Origin: Phoronis australis
Lineage: Eukaryota > Animalia > Phoronida
Length of the DNA: 64,000 nucleotides
Assembly (NCBI GenBank): GCA_002633005.1
Contig: NMRA01000271.1
Span: forward strand, 327,588-391,587
Direction: 5' to 3'
Shown: positions 13,101 to 28,100 of the stretch, piece by piece
How positions within the stretch are numbered: the stretch's first letter is position 1
Layout of the letters: every line of letters starts with the position of its first letter
Notes under the pieces: model-generated
Databases searched by the model: none
What the model saw: the letters and a program-made list of their open reading frames with translations, nothing else
What the model was told of the DNA's origin: nothing
Translations under genes and position numbers: made by a program

Positions 13101-16100
13101 CAGCACTCATGCCTCAATTTAAAACTTACTTGTCGAATGGTTAAAGACTCTGATTGGAAGCTGAAACCTCATGTCCCAGCATACAAATGTCCCGCTGCTT
13201 GTTCCAACGCACAGCCATGATTGGTTGTGATGAACATCAAAAGAAGTGATGAGACCTGGGAAATGAAAAATGATTAAAGTAGCCAGCACGCAGTTAAGTA
13301 CACATCAAATTTTGTTCACTTAAATGGTACACATTCATTATTTACCCAGGTGAACTTTTCACCAGTAACTGACTGCATGAACATTAAAGTCCTTCTCTCA
13401 CGCGTTGTTAACCCTTATTACATGGTTAGAAGATGTTATAAGGATCCAAGAAGTACCTACCCCATAACTAATACACGATCCGTACTCGAAAAAAGTTTAA
13501 ATGAACGCGCCACTCACGATTCGCACCCGAAGAAACACCGCCATTTTGAACTTGCCGCGAACCCGGAAGTACAATTCATTCAGGAACCCAGGCCGAGAAA
13601 ACGCCGTCAGTGCGACTGGAGCAGTGCCTGTACTGTTACCAGCCAGCAAACGGGAATAAAAAAATCAACAGCGCACCTTAATTTTGATAAAATCGAACTA
13701 CAGACAATTTTATGGAATTTGCTGAAGAAATGATGTGGCGAATAAATTTTGACAGAAATTATTTTGCCAGACTCGAGACCACAGCCTATCAGACCCGGTG
13801 CGGATCGAGACCAGACACTGGCGAACGGTAAATGCATGCGGTTTCAAGCTGTTTTGTCGAAGTAAAATGGTCAAATGATAAATGCTGCATATATTCAAGG
13901 GTAGTTTCAGACACTTGCACGAAATTACGGGCTGGTTAATCCTGCGTCACACTGCCGCAGCAGACCCTAGTTAGCCTCAGTCACCAACTACCAGTGAAGA
14001 CTATAGTCAAAATACAACTTGTTAGTAGGCCTATACAGCTTTGCGCCAAGGCTACCCTAGGCCTAACTGGTGGCACAGGCCACAAACACAAAAAACACGA
14101 TAATTGAACAAAGTTTCTTTTTTGCAGCAACGTTTGTCAAAATGTATCAACGTTTAATTACAAAGTAGCCGATTGAACATGCCTTTCAGTTCCGCAAAAG
14201 TCGCCATTGTCGGTGCCGCCAGAAATGAGACGGGAATTGTGAGCACATTTATCACTTAATGAGTAACAAGTGCAAGGATGAAATTTGGTGAACACTGCTA
14301 AATTGTGCAGAATAGTAAGTAAAGATATGTCTAACTAAATTTCACCATAATTTGTTGGCGAAAACAATTTACACAAAGTTTTAAACTCGTAACTCTTCCC
14401 GCTGTCCTCCAATATGGCCGACGCGATCCAAACAAAGTGACTCAAATTTCGCCACAAAACTTGCAATAACTTTACAATGCTTGCCCCGATTTTGATACTT
14501 TTTCGATTTTTACTGAGTAGAATGTACTAGCTACCTTTCTGATGATAGCACAGTACTTTTTCAAAACCAGGAAAAAAATAAAACCAAAAACAAAATTGGT
14601 TCGACCCATATTGGTTTCTAGGTTCGACCGGCCTACGTAAGGAACTAAACACCAATGTTATTTTAACATACTAAGTACGCGTAACATTCCAAAAAAATCA
14701 ACGACCACTAACTACAAACTATAAATACACTACATATGCAAACGAATCACGATATATTACTAATAAAACAAAATAATGAAGACTTTTCGAGAAAGCCATA
14801 GCACATTCAGTTACAAGGAAAGAATGGCGGCGTTCAGGACAAGTTCCTGAACTGATGAGCAGGAAATGTGGGTACGGAAATAACCGATGACAACCAGTAA
14901 TCATACGCTCAGCGAGAAGGGTCAAATACTGTCAAAAAATCGCTTTCGGCAAGAAAGGCGAAAAGAATATAAAGAAAGGGTGTCGAAAATAAGAATTTAT
15001 GTAGTAAGTATTTTGGGATACTGAAACAACATGGGCAGTTTGAGAGAAGGATTTTAAGGATATAGGCTACTGGCCGCTTCATGACATTATGCACTCTGTC
15101 AACAGACGTGTACAAGAACTTCTGTCGGCAAGAGGCCTGTTTATAAGAAAAGCTTATCTAGGGTACTACAGTGTGGAGCAATTATTGCATTGGCAATAAC
15201 TCGATCCATTGCAATAAAACTCTCTAGGTTAAATAACTTGACACTATATCATGGCCTAAAACTGGTGAAGTTTCAAACTGTTTGGTTTTTGAAGTTGAAT
15301 AAGCCATAAAAAGTTAAAATTACGGCCATGTACAGTTTCAACTTCAGCCGAAAACATTTCCTAAGATCAGATAACCTATTCTATTGTGAAGCATTCCTGC
15401 AATCTTTTGCTAGAATTCACAAGTCATAAACCATTTTATATGTTACATTCTTGGTTAACAGAGCAGAAATGATGACATTGTATTAACTAATATTATTTTG
15501 TAGTATTTCTTCGAAAATAATTTTTCATGGCAAACAGTTGGAAAAGTAACCGGTTTTAGTTCACAATAGTTTAATTTATTTAAGCCAGCATTAGACTGCA
15601 ATGACCACATTGCTAATGTGGTAATTGCCCTGACATCCACACAAAAGAAGCCACACCACTGTTCCTGACATCGAAGGATTATGTCTACCGTGATTTGTGT
15701 ACAAATCTATTACCGAAGTACACACAGTCACGGTATGGACCAAGTTTCTAATGGTTAAAATCATTTTTACCCAAATGCAACAAAAAGTGGCCAAAATAGT
15801 TTTGGTTCTTGATGAAAGCAGTACATATTTTGGTTTAAGTTACTCTTTGAACCAACTGGCCTGTGTCAGTCATGATGCCAGACAAAAGACCGCGGATCAC
15901 TTAACAATGAACGACATTTGATATCTGGATTAAGCCTCTACAGTTGAAACCAAATAGATGATTTTATAATCATGGTGTACATTAGACAATAATCATCAGA
16001 TTGCTTGCAAAATTCGTTGCACATTATTTTTACACCACTCTTTTTATCCAAACTTATTGTAATCAGAGCATGTTTATGAGACTTGATACAGTTAGACTGG

Positions 16101-19100
16101 CTACCTGTCAAAAACATCAATCAAGAGTGCAAAAAAGTTTCCAACGGAAGCTGAAATCGCAATTAACCTTCAAAAGATGTCACCAAGAATCATACCATGC
16201 CTAGGGTCGTTCTTGAGGGTCCAGACATCCTTGGAGGACCGAAGATCCCAGCCTATTATCTCGCCATTGCCTGTGGCGTATGTAACCACCGACTGGGCAC
16301 CCGTGTCAAAATAGGTCATGTCCACGATGTGACCATGATTAGCTACGTCAGTGTTGTTGTCATGTGACAGCTTTAACTGCTTGCTATTGGTCGTCGTATC
16401 TTCATCAATCCTGACCACATGGATTGTCCCATTGTCTGATGCTGAGGCAAACGACTGCGATCCTTCACAGAAGGTCAGCGTTTTGATCTGGCCACCTGTC
16501 AATCAATACGCCATTAAAACATTTCATAACTAAGAACTCTCAATAACCAATGCACAAGGGATACTACAAAATGTTCGGTGCAAAAGTAGTTAAATAAATA
16601 AGATGTCTATGAACAGTTTAAGAAATTTAAATTCAATTCTTTACAAAAATTAAAATATTAGATTAAGTACCTTGTTTGTTGTATGTGAACTTTGACCTAT
16701 TTGTAATGCTCTTTCCATCCATCCTTTGCCCCTCCCACAATTTCACATTGCCATCACTTGAGCACGTAGCAAAATATGTGTGATCATGACTGACAACAAT
16801 TCTGAAAGAACAAAATTCTGTTCGTAGATCTTAAGTTCCTAGTTATTAAAGAATAGTGGGGCACTCGAAATTTCCTCGAATATTATTTATTAAATACATG
16901 TGAAAACAACGAAGCAAAATTTTCTCATAGTTGACTTTTGCCAATACATTGGACAATTACAAGTTTCTGCGGGTTTATGCCAAAAAAACTAAAAAATTAC
17001 CACTGCGTTATCAGGTTGAGAATTTACTGTTTCAGGACCAGAAGTAGAGTAACAGCTGGTAGTAATTATTTGAAAACAGGATCTTCCTCAGTATATTGTT
17101 GCCGTAATGAGATTACAAGCAATCGAGAACTCCACCTGTTGATGGCGGCACGGTGCTCATGTAAGTGTGCCACCAGCAGTCCCTTTGGCCTCCAGCTGAG
17201 CGGGGGAGGTTTGTCATCAAAGATGGCCGCCTCCATCAAGTCTTTGGTGACGCAGTCCTTGGCGTACTGATCTCTCTTGCTGTGCACGAGTTGGCGCAGC
17301 TCCAACTTACACAGAGAGCATTTGTCTGCAGGAGGGACACACTGGGGTTATATTCATAGTTACAATCATCACGTATGGTTCAGTGCACTGCACACTCTGG
17401 TAGTTCAAGTGCTGAATCGGCAGTAAACACCTAAAATGCCCACTACCTGATTCACCTACACAAAGATACTATGTACCTGTTTTGTAAAATCTAATAAATG
17501 ACTAGCATGCTGGAAACCATGGGCCCGTTCCAAGAAAACTGACTTAGTTGAGACAAATCATAAACTTATGAATCAATTTTAAGATAAAACTTAATAAGTG
17601 ATCTGAAGTTTAATTTAGGCCTTTGGTTAATTTATGCCTCAAGTTTGACTTATTTACTGGATGTGGATGAATTTGGGCCCACATATTCCAGGATTTCTCA
17701 AACACACCATAATAAAGTGTGAAGTAACAAATGCCCAGACTACCTACATTCAATTGATTTCGGTGGAGGCGATGCCACGTTGACCTTTCCAGAAGGCGTG
17801 CCCTCAACTGCACTCTTGACCTGTGACATGCTCACAGCCATCGTATCAACACTGTTGTGACGCTGGACAGTGGTCACTGAGGGTACATTAGGAACGGACA
17901 TTTGTCTGGGCAGAGTGGCTCGCGACTGACCACTGGAGTCAGTCTTGGGTTTAGGAGAGAGGGGTGCGCTGGCAGTCTGAGAGGTTTTTGATCCATCCGA
18001 TGTGCCAAACATATGACGCCACTCCTCATTCTGAAAACAAACTTCGATAAATGGAGTTACTGACGGAACATAATAAAAGCTGACATTTAAGTGGAACTTC
18101 AGTGCAAACACTCGTACCATACTGTGAATAAGAAGTAGTGTGAAAGTTGCTAAGAAAAAATTTTGTAGCAAAAACAAACCACTGTGGATCACTGATCCAT
18201 GTCTAGCACAAATAGAAATTATATAATCTTCAATAATAATAATAATTATATAATCTTCAAAGTCTTTAAGACACAGTATTTCTCAAACATTTTAACATAA
18301 ACACATCGAGTTAACTGAAGCAAGCCGTAAACTTTATACAAAGCTCAGGTGCTGAATTTCAAGATTGGAAACATATGTGGTAGAAGCCAAACCAAAAATA
18401 ACTGGGACAAAACTTTCATTTCCCAGTCATGATTGGTACGACCCGTTCTTGGGTACAACTGGCCCAGAGGAGACACCACATCAACAGTACAGTCACTTTA
18501 AGCCCGCAGCTCACCATGGCCATCTCCTGAGTCTGGCTCTTCTTTTTCGTCACCTTTCTCTGATCCACTTCCTGTTTCTTATGCTCCTCTTTATAGAGGT
18601 CAGCGTGTCGCCGGGTCAAAGGTCGTTTGAGATGCAAGATGTTCACAGCCCCATTCTGCCGAGTCTCCTCCTCACCAGTGTCAGCAGATCTGAAGAAAAC
18701 AATGGGAGAGTTGTATTCTAGGGTGGAAAATTTTCAAAATGCGATCAACTGCATTTCGAAAAAAGATGAGAAGTTGCGTAAAAGTTCAACTAGCTGTATC
18801 ACATCACGGTTAAAATCCAAAGAAAACGAATCAACTGTTATGAGTTAGCTGTACAAATAACTAAAAGTAAACGTTCTGACGTCCAATATTTTAAAAATAT
18901 ATATTGTCAAACTGTGATTAATTGGAAATTTAGGTTATCAACTGGCAGTTATAGTAACGAACTCTCACAGCCCTTTTAAGGGATAACAAAAACATACATC
19001 AAAATGGCAAGCTTTGGCAACACACTTTATCCTCTGAATGGAAAACTGGAGTGGAGGATCTGGTATACGTACCAATTAAATAGACATCCTATTGATGGTG

Positions 19101-22100
19101 ATGTGACTCTGATGATAGTTAAGAGCTGAGTATGTCCTAATTTCCATTATGTTATATTTTTGTATTAACACAAGTGTGAAGAAAATTAAGACGGTATTAT
19201 CTCCCTTTTTCTAAAAACAACTGTTTTTTGTAATTCAGAAGTAGTAATATTGACAAGTAAATGAATTCCATTGAATTGTTCCAGTATTTTTCTTCCCACA
19301 AATAGTTACCTTCATTTTGTATTCTCCCTAGCACCTCACTGACCTCTGTGTTATGTGAGATTTATTTGTGCAAACAATGTTTACTGATAACGAAGTGTTT
19401 TCCTGTACTTCTTTTTATGGAATTAGACATTCCTTTTGACTGCAGTGATGTGACTCTGATGATAGTTAAGTGCTAAGTATGTCTAAGGATTAAGTACAAT
19501 TGCTATGTTTCATTTGTATACTCACACCTTGTGAAGCACACACAGGTGTGAACCTAGTTTTTTTGTATTGATGTTCAGTGATCAAGTACACGAGTTTCCA
19601 GAGTAATAAACTTTCTTGATTCTAAGCCAGATTTAAGTCTTTTCCAACATGAATGTAACGATACCAATGATGTATTCTCCGTAGCCCATATTTCTTATTT
19701 TTGTTATTTCAACAGGCCAAATCTTAAAAACTAAATGATGATACTTCACAAAAATTTAACCTGATATTCCATATGTCATGTTGAATCCAATAAAAAAGCC
19801 TCAAAGCTGAAATTAAAACTTCATAAAATGCCATTTCTGAAACAAAAGTGTGCACCCTGAGTGAAAAAATGCCGTACAGTGTATCTAATCTCCCAATCAG
19901 TACATAAATATGTGTTATTGCAGCAACCAGATGTCCCCCGTTAGACAAGGCAGTGCGCCACATGCGATTACATAACCTTGTCTCAACTAAATGCCTCGCT
20001 CTAAACATCTGTGCCCCTCTCCCCTCTCAGATCTTCCTTTCCTTCCCTCTCTCCCACCTCTTCCTCTCTTTATCCAGTACTTATGAGAGATTTTAACCAG
20101 TTGGCATTAAAATAGCCATGTGCAACAACACCTAGACTTCTATGGCCAGCTTCTTTTGTTAGGGGATTAGGAAAGAGATATAATTATAATAACCACTGCA
20201 TGTTACTGGCAGCATTCTTTCTACCCATTTTAGACACTGTAGACTATAAAAACTAAATCCATCACTGAAGATTGAAATTTTCTTTTGTCTGAAGTACAAA
20301 AATCAGTTATCTACAGCAGGCAAACAGAGAAATAAGGTGCAGTGCAACTGCAGTTCCGTTGTTAATATGTCCTGACCTCTATTGTCTATCCTGATTGAGC
20401 AACACAATGAGGCGACTTGGATTTGCTTAAATTGTATTTTTGACGAGCTTTTCCCATTTCATGCCTCTTTAAGTTGCAGAACCAAATCTGGTTTTGCATT
20501 TTTGACATTTTATGTTGTGAGAATTCAAGATTATTGTCTAGTAACCCGTGCTTGATTATGTTACGATTTATGACGAGTTTCTAGCCCAAGTTTGTACTTG
20601 ATGACCCCAAGATTGCAGCTACAAACTCCAGCAAAAGCTCGTGATTTTAAGTAAAAATGCAAATTTATGAGCAACTGATCTTAAATCTTACCCAGCTCTG
20701 GCCCGGTGTAGCTTCATCATGAAGTCCTTGAGGGCAAGCAACTTATCTTCATCTGCTTCAGTTAGGCCCATGGAGCTGAGTTTACGAAACATCTTAAATA
20801 TAATAATTTTTATCTATATCATTAACTGACATTATACAACATGGACAGATTATAGACTGAGTTAAAACCAGCATCATGGATTCAATAAATCACAACATTA
20901 ACTATGGGCAACTACAGTCATCAACTTTAGTCGTAATTCAACTTCCGCACCACGCTCTATTGGGCAATTTGAAGATGAAGGTCAACTGAAAGTCCTCACT
21001 GTATTGGCATACAACAAATTAACATTTAGAATCAACCGCAGAAGCTGAAAGAAATTTGCTGGCCTTCCTTTAAACAGAAACTTTAGGATTAAGACCACTA
21101 AACTGATGTTCCTTACTCACATGAGAAATGACTACTAAAAAGAACTGACAGCTCCTTAATATTCCATGAGACCTGATATCCAATGCCAACTTATTTAGCC
21201 TTGTATGAAACAACCATTTTACACATGATTAGAATTCATTTCTAACGAAGGGAAGAATACAAGACTGATTTCACAACAGTAAGAGACGTGACGGAAGGAG
21301 GAAGGTTTGTTGCACCTTGAAACCAGGCGAGTTCCTGCATCATCTGTAACAGTTGCTAATTATTATTCTGAGACTTAATTATATTGAAGGATTCTGTCAC
21401 CTGTGTACAAATCTATTGAAGAAGTACCCATGGTCATGGTACGGGCCAAATTTCTAATGGTTGTAGGCAGGATGCTGATAAATACCTGACTCAAATTGTC
21501 CTCCAGCTCTGGATACTGCGGTCGATGACCGTGCCTTGTTGCACTTCGCTGAAGCTGCTTGTCATAGAGACACTCGAAGAGTTTCTCAATCAGTTGAGAG
21601 CGCAAAATGTAGTCGTATATTGCACGTGGAATGGCTGGCTCCAGCGCATTCAGTAGCACCACCTATTGGAGCACAAAAACTGCAAAAGTCAAACCAATCT
21701 TAGAAACAAATCCAAGTGCCTGCAGATAAACAAGTAAAACGTCATGATAATTGCAAAATAACTTAAGAGGGCATCCTTAATTAGAATGTCTAAATTTGAG
21801 TCAGGGTGTCCATTTGGATGCCCGACTCTAATAAAGACGCAATTGTACAACATCTAAAATCTGTAGATGGCAAACATTTCCTGGGTAAATCTTGGATATA
21901 TTGAATGCAGAATGTTTGAACATCCTATACACACAACCCCAATATTACCGGAAAGACATGAAGTAATGTTTTCCTGTAAGTAAAAATTAAGTAAGACAAT
22001 GAAAAATGCTTTCCTTTCAGACACAAAAAAAATTTGGTCATTAATTTTTTATCTCAATGTAATGCTTTGAAATAACAAAAAAAGATCTAATAATATCAAA

Positions 22101-25100
22101 GCACTAACAATTTAGATGCCAACTTTTAGTTGATGATAAAAGTTATAAAGTTTATTTGTAATACACTTTTCTCATTTCGAAAAGTGATGAGATTTTTTAA
22201 CTTTTCTTTTTTGGACAGTTGTTACCAAAAATGAAAAATACTGCTAAATAATCACATTCTGCTGAATGCGCGCACATGACACTTTTCACCCAAACGTTTT
22301 AAGGACAGTCCGTGAAATTCTTAAACATATTCCGTGCAAAAGGACCAGAATGCTGAAAATGACACAAACCTCTTTATCAATTTGCAATACCGAGTGTTTC
22401 AGGAACGGTTGCAACAACGGCAGTAGGTTACAGTGAACATCAGCGATGTTCAAAGACTTGGCAACAGCGGCGACAAACCCAACGGCACCTTGTCGAATCC
22501 ATAAGTTCTGTAATGTTAAGGTTATTAACACTTGGTGAAGCTTTTGAAAATTCAATCTTTAGCTACACTGGAATCTCACCAATTTTGGACACAATTTTTT
22601 CAAAGGCTTCGAAAAATGTGAATTCCCACAATTTCTTAAAGCGTTTCCTGATGGTATACGTGGGCTTTAAAACTATGGCCTAGTCAGGCATTTATTTAGT
22701 GCTACTATAATCTTTTAAGAAAAAAAAAACGAAAAAATTAAATTTCACTTGTCAGCCATATTGGCTGACCTAAATTAGTAAGATTTCAACATACTATCAT
22801 TTGTTCAGTCTGTTACCATGATATGGCCAACATAAGTAGTCAGAGTGAAAATTTTCAAATCATCTATGTTCATATCTATTAGTAATGGATTACAGGTGTT
22901 TGCTGTTCACTTGTCTTTCAAAATCTAATTGAAATGACATCACAACGCCACCTACTGGATGTGTCAGAAATGGAACCACCTCCCTCAAGAGGTCATGAAT
23001 CAAGGCTTTCTGCAGCAGCCCGAGGTCTGTCAGAGACATCATGGCACAGAGAGTCTTTGAGATGACAAATTCTTCAGTGTCACTTAGACCCTGTAAAAAA
23101 GATAGAGCAGTACTGTAACAGAGCCATATACAAAGAAATCCAACATCACTGTTCAGCTTGCGAAAAAACAAGCTGCAAGCTGAAATAAAGGAGCAATGTC
23201 ACAATATCCCTGTAAATTAACAAAAATACAACCTCGTGAATTCAGACGGTTTCCAGTCTGAGAGTAAGTTGGATAATTTGGAAAATGGGCCCAGTTATCT
23301 CCACTGAGTAACAGGCATCAAACTGGTTCTCAAAATATAGACACGTTATATCCGACTATTGCCGCAAGTTGTAGTTAATATCTATACAAAGAGGCATTTT
23401 AATCCAAATTATTAACTAAATAGGTTAAAAGAGCCACTCGTGAAAGTTCAACAAACAACAAAGGAGGCAAGCAGACAGTGTATTTTAGAAATTAAAGAAC
23501 ATTCATCAAAGGTGTTTTAGTTGATGACATCAAAACTAATAAGATCATAACAAAACCAGTAACATTTTACGTTGGAAAAAGTCCAAGTCAATAAGTACCC
23601 ATGATGGGAATAGTATAGGTTTGGCGAATGTTTTTTTCAAAACAAAGGTGCTGAAATCAGTGAACATCAGTGCGAATAGCTCTGTATTTACCCGTTTCAG
23701 AGACCGGGTTTCAACCGCTTTAGGCCATAATAAGAGCCCCCCTCCATCCAGAAACGAATATTTCTAAGCGCCCTGGGCACTCATTAGTCAGAGTGAATAA
23801 GGTAGGTGTGGCAATGCTTTTATCAAAACAAAGGTGCTGAAATCAGTGAACATCAGTGAAAATGGCTTTCAGAAAATTTAAGCCCATTTCTAGCTTGACT
23901 GGTAGTGTGTAGATGTCATGCAACAACAATTGATAAAGTTTCTATTATTAGCAGCAAACTATCAATCTCTGAAAAATAGAAAAAGTGAAGAATTAGGGTA
24001 TCTTACCTGCTGTAGCAATGGTAACAGTATAGAGGTGCTCTGCCAGCCGACGTACGCAGCTACTCCCACTATAGCGTCGAAGAAGGCACCACGCAAGTGC
24101 CAGTCATGCTGCAAAACAAGAACCACATCTACTAAAATGTGCTTCTTCCAAATAATTCATTCTAGCATATTAAAAATCCAAAAGGCAGTCAAATCATAAT
24201 AGATCTGGCCAAAAGTAATTTATGTCTGAACGTTTTTCAGAGTGTAGTAAGATCTCACCAAATTAGATGACAACATGGCAGACAAGTGAAATAACATTTT
24301 TTTATAAAAGACATGTAGCACCAAATGGACATTTTTTCACCATCAAACTCTGTATCAGAGCCATCACCAGACAATACTTTGAAAATTTATGGGCAATTAC
24401 GCAACAGCGTAAGAAGACATGAAAATAAATAAAGGTCAAATTTGGTGGCAATCATTTTGTCCAAAATTCGTGAGATTTTACTGTAGCAGACATGATATTA
24501 TAATCTTGAGTTCTTGAAGTGACTCATAGAATAAATAAAAAAACAGCACATTAGGCAGAAGTTGTTCAGCTATAAACCGACACGCACGCTGAACACTTAT
24601 GATAAAATATTTCATGTTCAGCGTAGACGTCAATTTGCACTTTACACAGTCGTATCAGTATCTCACCTTGTCGTTCAAGAAAGTGATCATATGGGACAGC
24701 AAGACATCATTGGCTGGAATGAAGAGAAAATTAAACACTTTCCGAACTAATATCCAGCAATTCTCAAAATAAGTAGTCAAGCACAGAAACAGTTTTCATC
24801 AATCCATCTTTAGAAAATTCGAGAACTCGATGCCAAATTTGCTCCAAGATCACAAAAGTGTTGGATATCGGGACACACCCAAAATGTCAGCTAAGAACGT
24901 CTCAGAACCATGACGCACACTCAAGAATGTGTCACAAAAAGTAATAAAAAAGACTTACACTTATCATGTTCGACTAAAGGAAATACACAATTGAGAGTTC
25001 TCTAATTAACATTTGCTACAAACTAAACAGTGTACTTTTAGTGAACCTGAGATATATATATTTGATTAATAACGAAACATCGTTTCCATGATTGTCATTT

Positions 25101-28100
25101 TTGTTTTCCATATCTTACACACAGATTTGTCAGTGCTCTTGTAGATGATGATGAAAACGGGAATGGCAATAACGGTAATGCTAAACATGTTGATTCTTAC
25201 TCCTACAAACAAATGCCACCAACCTTTCTGTCGTCCAAAGAACACGCACAGTCTGGTGATGCCACGGTGAAGCAATGTCTGCTTCACAATGTTATCGGAG
25301 TCCGTCAACAACACCACAACCACCTGCTGGATCATCTCGTGTAGTCCCTCTAACTCCATGTCGTAGCTAGCCTCGTACTGGCCCTCGCTCTCCTCTTCTT
25401 CCTCACCTCCAGACACTGAAGAGTTAAGCTGGACAATCTCCAAGAAACGCTGGGCGGTCTCCGCCAACTGAGCAATGCTCTCAGCGAATGCTTCACGTAC
25501 AAGCATGCAATCGTCATGTGTCAGCTCGCTCTGTTGGCACAATGTGAAAATTTCAAAGATTATGCTATGAGCATTGTGTTGAAGAGAATCGCAGTTTCCC
25601 CAAATCTCCAATAAATGACACCGAAACATTTCAAGTCGATTTAAACGGTACCATAGTTGTTTTTATTAATAAATCTCCCATAATTATGTCTAGTAGTTAT
25701 TTTTTGCTTTATCACAAAATGATTACTATGACTCTAGCTACAGAAACTAGTGAAATACAACGGAACTTGAGGTATACAAACCATGTTCCACTTCAATTAT
25801 TCTTGCTGACATCAGCAATTCACTAGGCCTGAAAAGAACTTCCATGGATTTCCGATAGAGTACAATTATTTTTCAACACAAGCTGTCGCTCATGAATGTT
25901 TCACAAAGCCTAACAAACAACCGACATTTATTCTGCGAAGATTTACCAAAGTTGGCAGAATGTATTCTGGGAAGATGTTGGCATCACTCCTTGGGACAGT
26001 CTTGACGTTTGCCAATGTCTTAGCGACAGTTCTTATGACCTGGGCGCGTACACGTGGAAACGGGTCATCCACGAGATAAAGGACAAAGGGTATCATCCTG
26101 TCAAGGATCACCTCAGAAGTAACGTATTCAGACAGCATGATGAGACAGTCGAGGGCGGTGAGCTTGGAACTGCAGAACTGAAATATATGAAAAATTTTAA
26201 AGTCATCACACACTGTGATCATAATAACTGCCAAAACTGCTGTTCTTTTTGCTTTCAGGGCTGAATGCCTTAAGCCCCAAATACCAGGAATTAATAACTT
26301 GCTTCATTACACCTTCACGCTAAAACAACAGAGTCTAATTAAAGTTTCTCAACATTTGTCTTCGTTAAGATGTTTTACAATGAAGAGAAAATTTCCACTT
26401 TCCGCCATGTCGTGAACTAAATAGGTGAAGAACTACCATGTGTAAAGAGAGACATGTTTCACCACTGCCACTTGAAGGCACCTGTCTGATGGCAAGTTGT
26501 CCAGTCAAGTCTGGATTTTACATTGAAAGGCATTGCTTTTTGGAATGCACTTGCAACTTAAAGTAGAATGCCACCCGATTTGATTAGTCTTTTTTACCGT
26601 CTTAATTGGTCTATATCCACATCGCCTCTTATGCGGTCGACCTCACCTTGCCAAGAGGTGTCGCGTTAACCTGTGAGGAAGGTGAGAAACGACGCAGCGA
26701 CATCAGTGGTTCGCGTGCAGAGTGAATGCCGCAATATTGTGGTGCATCGTTCCCGCTTGTCCGAACTATGAAGGTGCAAAGAAAACGGGTATATCGTTTT
26801 TTCGACTTCCTCGAGAGCCCAAAATGCTTAGGAAGTGGCTCCCGGTAGTGAAGAATGAAAGGTATGCTGTTAATAGCAAGTATGAGGCTGTGAAACATCT
26901 CCGTGTCTGTGGCCAGCATTTCGTCGACAGTGCTTTTTCTGAAAAATTCCAGCTTACCAAAGAACTATCCATACATTTCGTTGCCTGTGCATGTTCACAG
27001 CGCCCCTATAGTATTTCTTGATCAGCGTATTCCAGTTCGAAACTGATAACCTGTGAAACCTAATGATCCGACCCGTGAAATCTACGTAGGAAGAGCTCTT
27101 GACTAAATCGGGATTGGTGCCGGGGGAGTTGCCATGTAGACGTTTATTATTCTGTGTTCTGTTTCAAAATGAATTATTCTCATCCTAAAATGATCATAAC
27201 CAATGCTTATATGAAACTGAAACAAAGTCTGTCTCATTAGATACAATTTGTAATGCCTTGGAGTGCTCATGAGTGCAATATTAATGTTTTGAGAAGCCAG
27301 CAATGAATAAACCACTGCGTTACCGTCTTTTAATGGCGGCAATAAAGGTAACTGACTGGGCACCGAGGCCGTGTGAGCGCATGCTAATTCAGTGTTTGCT
27401 GACAGAAAGCTGTTGTGAAACAATTACTGGATTTTATATGCTATGGTCACATGTTTGGGGAATCTTATTTAGAAATATAAATACATTATTCAAATCATTG
27501 CTACTGTACAACCTTTGCCCCGACGGTCTGTGGAAGGGGAACCCGACTTCGCGGCCCCCGACAAGTAAGTAGATTTTCAGTTTCGTGGCTAATTCACATA
27601 AATAATTACGTGCACATTATTTCTTTGGCTCATTTCGTGACTGGAGGTTTAGTTTCCAACTCAAGCTGGTTTATGTTCGTGCCAGTCCCGGCGGCCACGA
27701 CGGGCCTGATCGGGTTCCGAGCCACTGTCCGGGATAACAAGTGTTTTGTGTGTTTAGAACTCAAAAAATCACAAGTATAAACAACACAGATCTAGGTTCT
27801 CCTGTCTGTATTTCACGGAAGAATACTTCGAATTTATCTCCAAACAGACCCCAAACTCCTTCTACGGACCTTGGTTAATTGGCCTGCCGAACTTTGTAGG
27901 CTACGGTGTGTCCAAATACCAGTAAATCCGTAACAGCGAAATAAAACAACACATTTTTATAAGAACTCGGTGTATTTTTAAGGGTTTTACATCGAAGTTT
28001 GCTGATTTATTGGTGTTAAACGATGAATTCAAGCGATAAGCTGACACCACTAACCCGTGTTGTGAACTGCTGAACAGACTAAGTGCGAAACCAATTACGT

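Noticed and set aside
19200-19720. Possible minus-strand CR1-like LINE relic (TGTIQWNS)
   Set aside because: It is too decayed to support beyond one short motif.
23610-23870. About 70-bp direct duplication (also the 31-bp duplication at 1823-1883 and a ~100-bp one at 54230/54525)
   Set aside because: These are ordinary local intronic duplications with no functional signal.
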